From a virus, in the IMG/VR virus record IMGVR_UViG_3300045119_000180, positions 40,075 through 104,074 of that record: a stretch of 64,000 bases of DNA; one strand, given 5' to 3'. Below, piece by piece: positions 58,201 to 64,000 of the stretch; the stretch's first letter is position 1, and every line of letters starts with the position of its first letter. The position numbers and the translations under genes are program-made. A model generated the notes under the pieces. That model saw only the letters and a list, made by a program, of their open reading frames with translations, was not told where the DNA came from and ran no database searches.

Positions 58201-58411
58201 TTGTGGCATTTCCGGAATTAAACCAACTACCTGCGTTACAACTATAAAGATTGCCCGTTGTATCGTCAGTGTACAAAGTTCCGGCATTACAAGGATTAAC
58301 TGGAACACCGATGCCATGAATTACATTCGAACCAGGAAAAGGGTTGATCTGAGCACTGGCAAGAGGATGATATATAAACAACAAAAGAAATAGAAAGAAT
58401 AGTTTTCTCAT
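55295..58411 (-). CDS. Fibre/spike-like protein with Sec signal peptide
   Basis: MRKLFFLFLLLFIYHPLASA-Q; two HG.G.P.NPC.AG..YTDD..GN.Y.C..GSW repeats, SDSNDGLSW.TAK, FWRGDGTW, GTVTS fibre motifs. Confidence 0.65.
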   Translation of the reverse strand: MRKLFFLFLLLFIYHPLASAQINPFPGSNVIHGIGVPVNPCNAGTLYTDDTTGNLYSCNAGSWFNSGNATNVIHGTGSPTNPCVAGSIYTDDLSGNFYTCDSGSWILNASAANAAIKPATSTSIQFVAVTCNGGSPCSDSNDGLSWGTAKKTVYSAECSLPLGNCGTKTAGNGTIYIGTFSQTNPTAGAGLWLMGPNDPNYNSLPTGWLKCNPCSIDFIGIGDVVGSPNGHAPLAKVFGGNAVDRNHPAVWLSAVYGLRFQNLSFSLGFPARGIVIGECSNNLRDSTCNSVEMTFDNVDAFITQTGTNGPCTDVVGWEYWLYFYDFGCSGNTGGTNGATANNAAAMLFDGSQGKGTGLIYIDHANLDDGGIKLIPGSSGGGLSVSNTIEESSGPNCAPVVWFTSWPQQTNLTVDNVVQADCPNNVASVQNDGTNINYGAPVAVNTGVAGPAVVLNPFGSSNTVSPLRLQQYGVNLNYLVGETDVARRIDGLVSTRLVNKAFSNPSSWTTATGSLTVTTGLADPFGGTGAASVTSAGLAQVYMAPILNISPVAGDWIAEGVWVKGGNWAPVTSVYLIPTCQSISFPAYSNDYYNNGLQTGDGDWKYLWRAIKFVGGTGSGSTCMTGVIDTTHGPTLYGPVMYYITAGQMSDNEVLEFISSSNSIDTNCPAGTICNVTGHPINVDGVGIRKGAFSTTISSASLAANRAVTMPDPLASAVLPLITGSITNTHPICASGTAGIYIDCTAGVGTVTSMSAGTLSPLFTTSVATSTSTPALSFSLSTAGANTVFGNCTGSTATPSYCGLVSAQIPAISLGTGVTGNLPVGNLNSGTSATSATFWRGDGTWAVPPVNGNVSTSGSPAQFQTGVWASPTTITGIGPGTAGLPLVSAGAASNPSFTTIADAALVSAYSGVGACSSGKFVSTLTRNTSPTCTNALIAFSTVTACANAAAPAVCAAAPSGFVVVAASATTVTVNTTAVTANSQIQLTFDSSLGTALSVTCNTTPVQPTVSARVAATSFTITVPSAPTTNPACFSYTIIN

Positions 58412-59469
58412 TAACCCAAGTACTCCAACCTTATTCGCAATGCGTAAGCGGAGCCTACGCCGCCCGTAACTGTTGTAGCGTAAGTAATATTTTGGCTAAC
58501 GGCAGAATAAAATGTTCCGGAAAGAGACGATGACTCGCCAGGAGTGCTTAAAGACATCGGACTGCCGGAGATTAAACCAGCCAAAGTAACGCCGTTGTTC
58601 CAACCGATCGCTATTGATACACCGCCAGCCGCGCCGGCAGTAGTACAAATCAGATCGACTGATACTCTATAAATACCGGCTGCGAATGGGCTCGTGGCAT
58701 AAAGTAAGCTCGTCGCTATAGATGCCGTTTGAGCAGTAAGATTTACCGCCGCTACAACATCTGTACCGCCGCCACCGCCTCCGCCTGACGTACCAAAATA
58801 GGCTATAGGCGTTTGAGTAGGAGCGGAAAGAGGATTAAAAGCTACTGTCAAACCGGCTGTAACAAAGTCAACGCCTTCTTCTTGAACCAAGCCGCCAACC
58901 GTAATAGCTATAGTACCGGTCGGTGCGGTAGGAAGAAGAAAGGTAGTGTTTACGCCGTCAGCCGTGCCAACAAGAGGAAACGGCAAACTGAAATCCGTAC
59001 CAGAGCCACCGCCGGTTAATGCCCCGCACTGGACCAAAAAGTAGTTCGTATTATCCGAAAATACTATGCCGCCTTGGTTGCTACTAAAAGTAAATGACGA
59101 ACTAAATCCGTTAAGAAGATTTCCGTTAGGGGAAACAACCAACGGTCCCGGACCTATGTTTAAAAAGAACGCCGTCCATTTATTAGGCGCATTTGCTGGA
59201 AGACTTAACGTCACTACCGTCGGGCTATTGAAAACTAACAGCGTTCCAGCGTCACCTGAATTTGCAGTATAATTCGTTGTAAGCTGTTGAACCCCGCCAA
59301 TTCCAGCTCCACCGCCGCCGCCGCTTCCCGTTAGAAAGTTACCCTGCAGGAAACCTTGATAATCAATCCAGGAGAAGATTCGACCGCTATTCTCTTCTAT
59401 AAGCTGAAGAAAGTCGCGGTGAGCCTCGGTAGTCCAGACGTTCTGGGCTACTTTCGTTGGGTTAGCCAT
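58411..59469 (-). CDS. Tail fibre/decoration protein
   Basis: NYTA...D, TLSLP, DGVNTTF.L, GLVQEEGVDF; Gly linkers. Confidence 0.55.
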   Translation of the reverse strand: MANPTKVAQNVWTTEAHRDFLQLIEENSGRIFSWIDYQGFLQGNFLTGSGGGGGAGIGGVQQLTTNYTANSGDAGTLLVFNSPTVVTLSLPANAPNKWTAFFLNIGPGPLVVSPNGNLLNGFSSSFTFSSNQGGIVFSDNTNYFLVQCGALTGGGSGTDFSLPFPLVGTADGVNTTFLLPTAPTGTIAITVGGLVQEEGVDFVTAGLTVAFNPLSAPTQTPIAYFGTSGGGGGGGTDVVAAVNLTAQTASIATSLLYATSPFAAGIYRVSVDLICTTAGAAGGVSIAIGWNNGVTLAGLISGSPMSLSTPGESSSLSGTFYSAVSQNITYATTVTGGVGSAYALRIRLEYLG

Positions 59470-59485
59470 ATAGTCCTATCAAACT

Positions 59486-62400
59486 TTAAGGGTGCATAAA
59501 TACTGTTCTAGCGGGCGAGTGAACCGACGGGTTAGATGCGATAGTATAAACTGCAACTACCGGAGCACTATCTAGATAACCTTGTGCATCTCCGATAGCC
59601 GTTAATGTAATAGTAGAAGAAACCGGAATTGAACTAGTATATCTAAAGCCGTGAACGCAATTACCGTTGCCATCAGCTGTAGGAGTTGTTCCGTCGTTCG
59701 TATAGCAAATAGTAGATCCCGGGGTTAAATCAGTAATCGTAACAGTCTGTGCCGACGTATAAGTACCAGCCACGGGATTAAATACTGGGCTAGATGCCGT
59801 TTGGCCAATAATATAACTGGCGGTATTTGTTGCGCTATTAAAATAACCTGACGCCGTTCCAACGACTGTAAGCGTTTCAGATACTGAAACGGAAACAGGG
59901 CTGGAGTATGTCAACGTTGCCGGGTTAGAAAGCGTACAAACACCCGCGCCATTTGTTGTAGGCGTAGTATTGTTCGTAGTGTAACAAAGAACGGCACCGG
60001 TCGTTGTAGAAGACATCGTAATAGATTGCGCCGTTGTATAAGGTCCTGCTGCAGGAGAAAAGAAAATATTAGCTACTGATTGACCAATAATGTACGTAGC
60101 CGAACCGACTCCACTGTCTACATTGCCGGAATCACTCGCTATAGCTTTAAGCACTAAAGACGACGAAACCGTAACAGCAGTTGAATAGGTAGTTCCGTTT
60201 ATGCAATTTCCATTGCCGTCAGCAGTAGGTGTAGAATTATCTGTTGTATAACAAATAGTGGCCGTAAGATCCGTATCGTTAATCGTTACGTTTTGTCCGC
60301 TAGTATACGGCCCGCCCGGAGGAGAAAAAGTTGGGGGATCCAGAACAGATCCAATATCATATATAGATGAAGCAATCGGACTATCAACGAATCCTGACTG
60401 CGTTGATATCGCAGTAAGAGTTTCGGAGACATTAACGGCGACAGGACCAGAATAAACTATAGTTGAAGGATTGGTAGTGGTACACGTACCAGCGCCGTTG
60501 GTAGTAGGATTACTTCCGTCTGTTGTATAACAAATAACAGGGCTAGGACTGTTAGTAGACGAAATCGTAACCGATTGTGGCGTTGAGTAACTTCCTGCAA
60601 AAGGAGAAAATGTAGGTGCGGTAGTACCGGCAGTAATTGTATACGACAGTTCCGTCATACGAATTGCATCGGCATAGCCTGGAGCAGTAGCTTCGGTTCT
60701 GAAAAATGTCGTATTACTAGATCGTGGTACGGTGCCGCCATTTGCCAATGTCGTTCCGTTGCGACATACACCACCGCCGCCAGTTTCGTTTCCGCTACCC
60801 GCAGGAGTGTTGCCCGTAACGCTATAGCAAATTGTCGCTCCCGGCGTAGAAGAGCTGAAAACAATATTCTGTGTTCCCGTATAAGTTCCCTCGTTAGGAG
60901 TAGCCGTTGGTGTAGCAGTCACACCTTTAACGCCGACTCCGTATAGCGGAATCTTGTAAGTATTGCTACCAACTGGGATGTTCAAAAAAGTGTTCGGAGT
61001 AGTCGGCAAGCCACCGTAAGCCACAATCGCGTTGGCACCGGCGGTCGGAGTGAATGTAACGCTTACCGTACAAGTCGCGCCTACCGCGATAGTAGCACCA
61101 CAACTACTTCCCGATATGGCAAATCTTGATGCGTCTGTACCGGTGATGGTTCGTGCGCCAAGAGATAACGAACTAGCTGGGGTCGTAGGATTCGCTGGAT
61201 TCGATAGCGTTATAATCTGAGGTGTAGATGTTGTTCCCTGCGTTTGGTTATAAACTCCTACGCTACCAGGGAAAACATTAAATATCGGGTTACGTTGTGC
61301 AACGTAGTTCAAATTCCCCCAGAAATAATGTTGACTAAAGACCTTTCCCGTACTTCCGCTGCCAATAGCAAATGCGCCAGTCTGATTTGCGGTCTTGTAA
61401 CATCCACCGGGAATCTGTGCCTGCCCTCCAGTATTTGAAGTGCTACCATTACCCGTTGTGAATGTTGCATTCAGTCCGAAGGCGTAGTCGCCTTCTTGCT
61501 GGTAGATAGGTAGTCCAGAATATTGATAGAGCCACGCATATATCGGAATTATTTCGCTATATTCTTCATTCGTGCAAGTCGTTCCTGTAGGTTGTCCTTG
61601 TGTCGTAATATTGTTATTCCCAAAGGCTGACTCCGTGACGTAGTGCCAATTACCTACGTTCTCTTTCTGCCAATCGCTATAAAGAAAATCGGCACATGAT
61701 TTAAGAATTGCCGGAATTCGCGGGTCAGGACTACCGGGGTTGATGACATTGTAATACTCGACCAAGTTCCTCATAGAAAGACCAAGCATAAACTCTTCCC
61801 ATGAGAAACTAAGATCCTGTGTAACGCACGCCTGTTCCATCTGAGAGATTATATGGTCCTTGTTATAATCCATAAACGCGGCCATTGGTGTAACCGTCGC
61901 CCCGGTAGAAGAATTGGTCCATATCGACGTTACCGGGAAAATAGAAGCCGTGCCGCAGGCTGCGCCGCTACATCCAGGACCGTTAACCGCCGCTGAATAA
62001 GTAAATGTAGTAGCCGTGAAGTTAAGAACGTTATGCAATCCATTATAAAACGCTGGGCCACCGGAGATCAGTATTTCCTGACTTCGATTTACATTAAAAT
62101 ACGCAGGAGGCATAGAAGCAAATAAAGTGCTCTGGACCGTTATGTTTCCAGCAGACACATTAGCCGGGATTGAGGTAATCGATACTGGTTGATCCAAATT
62201 CATCGCTACGGCATGGATGTAACCGCTTTCCGTATACGCAATCTCTCTCAAATTAGTAAGGCTGTTATAGCTTCCAGCTGTCGATATATACGGGCTTTGC
62301 GGCAATGTAGTCATCTGAGTTACTTCTTGCTTGTCTAGTGCCTGTCCGCCTAGCCCTCCCCCATTTAAGTAATCTTGATAGAATCCTCGGCTAGCCTCGA

Positions 62401-64000
62401 GGATTGTAGGCACAACAACTCCCAATACCGTCTTATCGCGGTAAAGCTCAGCCACGTTTTCACGGCATTGAGACCATTGCAAATGCGTTCCGGCAGCAGC
62501 AATAGCTTCTCCACCCCAATTAGCCAATAGCGAATCGGCGCCGAACCAAGCCTCTACACCGTCGTAGAACCACGAGGCATTAGTGGTTGCGAAACCAACT
62601 CCAGTTAGATTAGAGTTATTATTAACACGAAGTTGTATAGTTGGAGAGCTACCGTTGTCCTGAGCGCATATCCAATATTGTTGACCGAAGGCAGAGACGG
62701 CGTTTACATATGGCGCCTGATTGGGAATTGTCGGATAGCTTGTAGGTGCCGCATGAGGAAGAATTGCGCTCGTTACGCCGAAAGGAGCGTTCGCGGGATC
62801 TACGATAAGCGGCCAATTGATCGTGTTCGTTGTGCCATTCCCCGTCATCGTTATAACTAGCGTGTAAGTTCCTGGGGGCGTGCTTGCACTGGTGACGAAT
62901 TGGATCTCTTTATTTCCAAAATTGCTTATGCTGTTGGTGTCGTTACAGACTCCCCCTGAAGATTGAGTCAGCGTATCCCCGATGCTGCTGCTGTCGATAG
63001 CATTATTCGTGCATCCGGTAGATGTTGTTTTGGTGTTGGACCCCATCCAGTTAAATTGCGTACCGGTAGTAGGTTCTCCAGTTAAAGCAATGGTCAGAGA
63101 ATGGCTTGCTGGTGTTAGATTTGCGAGATTTGTTAAATCTAGAGTAATATATCCGGAATATCCTGCCGTAACATGATGATTTCCAAAAGCATCTATTTTA
63201 TATTTGGCGGCAGTCGTAGACGTCGGACTTGGCGGAGTAAGTTTCGCTCCAGCTCCACCTGTATAGTTTGGGGCAAATTTCATTCTAGAAGCCGAACCAC
63301 AAACTACCCCTATATTAGGCCCGGATTGAACCACTGGATATGAAACAATTCCAAATGAGGTGCTTGTTGGCCCAGGGATTATGCCTTGAACAACAATAAA
63401 ATGCGAAGTCGCTCCACTAATATCTTGCAAAGGAGAAAACAGGAACGGCCTTGAATTTCTATCTCCGCCGACTTCGGCCATTGCGTTAGTTGGAAGACTC
63501 GTCTGGTAAAATATCTTAAGATAAGCAAGGCCGTCAGCACTACCAATCCCGTTCGTCCCGTCCAATCCACTCAACCCGTAAAAGAATCCTCCGGTTGTTA
63601 TTTGGCCGGGGTTAGTAGCCTGTAAATAACTAATTTGATTTCCACTTACAGCACTGATTGTAAAGTTTCCGTTGAATGCTCCGGGGACCGCCCCAACTAC
63701 CGTAAAGTTTTCTCCCACTGCGATATGGGTTGTGAAATTTAGTGTCACAGTGGTTGTGCCACTAGCCCAACTAGCTGTGCCAGCCGTTTCCAAGTACGGA
63801 ATAAACCCCGGCTGGCCGCCCTCTAGATTATTAGCTGTTTGAACGCACGCGGCGTCGATTACGTATGTATTAGTTACTACAGGGCTGTTTGTGAATCCCG
63901 CTTCTGTAGCGAGAGCCTTGATTGTCGTATTGCTGGTTACAGTAACAGCTGCAATAGAGCTTTCTGGAACTTGGTATTGTGTGAATCCAGACGTAGTAGG
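59486..64000 (-). CDS. Large modular virion/surface protein with chitobiase/beta-hexosaminidase C-terminal-type Fn3-like repeats (5' end outside the window)
   Basis: Frame open to 64000; five P.FSP..G.Y...Q.V.I...ICYT.D...P repeats, an Ig/ASH-like CGATIAVGATCTVSVTFTP domain, central helical domain. Confidence 0.75.
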   Translation of the reverse strand, partial: PTTSGFTQYQVPESSIAAVTVTSNTTIKALATEAGFTNSPVVTNTYVIDAACVQTANNLEGGQPGFIPYLETAGTASWASGTTTVTLNFTTHIAVGENFTVVGAVPGAFNGNFTISAVSGNQISYLQATNPGQITTGGFFYGLSGLDGTNGIGSADGLAYLKIFYQTSLPTNAMAEVGGDRNSRPFLFSPLQDISGATSHFIVVQGIIPGPTSTSFGIVSYPVVQSGPNIGVVCGSASRMKFAPNYTGGAGAKLTPPSPTSTTAAKYKIDAFGNHHVTAGYSGYITLDLTNLANLTPASHSLTIALTGEPTTGTQFNWMGSNTKTTSTGCTNNAIDSSSIGDTLTQSSGGVCNDTNSISNFGNKEIQFVTSASTPPGTYTLVITMTGNGTTNTINWPLIVDPANAPFGVTSAILPHAAPTSYPTIPNQAPYVNAVSAFGQQYWICAQDNGSSPTIQLRVNNNSNLTGVGFATTNASWFYDGVEAWFGADSLLANWGGEAIAAAGTHLQWSQCRENVAELYRDKTVLGVVVPTILEASRGFYQDYLNGGGLGGQALDKQEVTQMTTLPQSPYISTAGSYNSLTNLREIAYTESGYIHAVAMNLDQPVSITSIPANVSAGNITVQSTLFASMPPAYFNVNRSQEILISGGPAFYNGLHNVLNFTATTFTYSAAVNGPGCSGAACGTASIFPVTSIWTNSSTGATVTPMAAFMDYNKDHIISQMEQACVTQDLSFSWEEFMLGLSMRNLVEYYNVINPGSPDPRIPAILKSCADFLYSDWQKENVGNWHYVTESAFGNNNITTQGQPTGTTCTNEEYSEIIPIYAWLYQYSGLPIYQQEGDYAFGLNATFTTGNGSTSNTGGQAQIPGGCYKTANQTGAFAIGSGSTGKVFSQHYFWGNLNYVAQRNPIFNVFPGSVGVYNQTQGTTSTPQIITLSNPANPTTPASSLSLGARTITGTDASRFAISGSSCGATIAVGATCTVSVTFTPTAGANAIVAYGGLPTTPNTFLNIPVGSNTYKIPLYGVGVKGVTATPTATPNEGTYTGTQNIVFSSSTPGATICYSVTGNTPAGSGNETGGGGVCRNGTTLANGGTVPRSSNTTFFRTEATAPGYADAIRMTELSYTITAGTTAPTFSPFAGSYSTPQSVTISSTNSPSPVICYTTDGSNPTTNGAGTCTTTNPSTIVYSGPVAVNVSETLTAISTQSGFVDSPIASSIYDIGSVLDPPTFSPPGGPYTSGQNVTINDTDLTATICYTTDNSTPTADGNGNCINGTTYSTAVTVSSSLVLKAIASDSGNVDSGVGSATYIIGQSVANIFFSPAAGPYTTAQSITMSSTTTGAVLCYTTNNTTPTTNGAGVCTLSNPATLTYSSPVSVSVSETLTVVGTASGYFNSATNTASYIIGQTASSPVFNPVAGTYTSAQTVTITDLTPGSTICYTNDGTTPTADGNGNCVHGFRYTSSIPVSSTITLTAIGDAQGYLDSAPVVAVYTIASNPSVHSPARTVFMHP

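Noticed and set aside
22-63570. Many short antisense or nested ORFs in the track (for example 22-363, 25389-25787, 33620-34015, 47833-48213)
   Set aside because: They shadow well-supported genes and have no motifs or SD
1-64000. Stop-codon reassignment
   Set aside because: Long genes are intact in the standard code, all three stops end genes, and no suppressor tRNA is present
43636-64000. Diversity-generating retroelement or invertible fibre cassette
   Set aside because: No reverse transcriptase, template/variable repeat pair or inverted fibre segments were noticed
1-64000. Apparent abundance of palindromic 4-mers (CTAG, GGCC, CCGG) as a sign of protected DNA
   Set aside because: Visual impression only; needs an observed/expected k-mer calculation

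Overview
This 64-kb window is part of a tailed dsDNA bacteriophage genome, probably temperate and podovirus-like. It has two convergent arms that meet at an attP-like region (about 33.1-33.3 kb). The + arm (1-33.1 kb) carries nucleotide metabolism and replication genes: two DnaQ/RNase H-fold exonucleases, a dNTP diphosphohydrolase, a 5'-nucleotidase, an SSB-like protein, a prim-pol, a family A DNA polymerase split into two overlapping genes, and an annealing protein with a PD-(D/E)XK nuclease. It also holds tRNA-Asn, an 11.5-kb glycan cluster (transaldolase, GmhA-GmhB fusion, HddA-like kinase, several glycosyltransferases, sugar methyltransferases, oxidoreductases), a GH108 endolysin and a tyrosine recombinase. 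A PEP-CTERM-like gene sits in this arm on the opposite strand. The - arm (33.2-64 kb) carries a second, paralogous integrase, two more glycosyltransferases, ejection-like proteins, tail nozzle/adaptor-like proteins and several large Ser/Thr/Gly-rich fibre or spike proteins; two of these begin with Sec-type signal peptides. Seven HNH/endonuclease VII genes are interspersed. Domain content suggests an Acidobacteriota-like diderm host (inference). The best candidate for a new system is a phage-encoded heptose-glycan pathway, possibly coupled to exported Cys-rich fibre proteins. Other notable items are a tRNA-like four-hairpin RNA, a 36-bp motif heading two operons, a duplicated integrase pair, leaderless promoters and a probable ACG start codon. 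All calls are from motif recognition by eye; no database searches were run.
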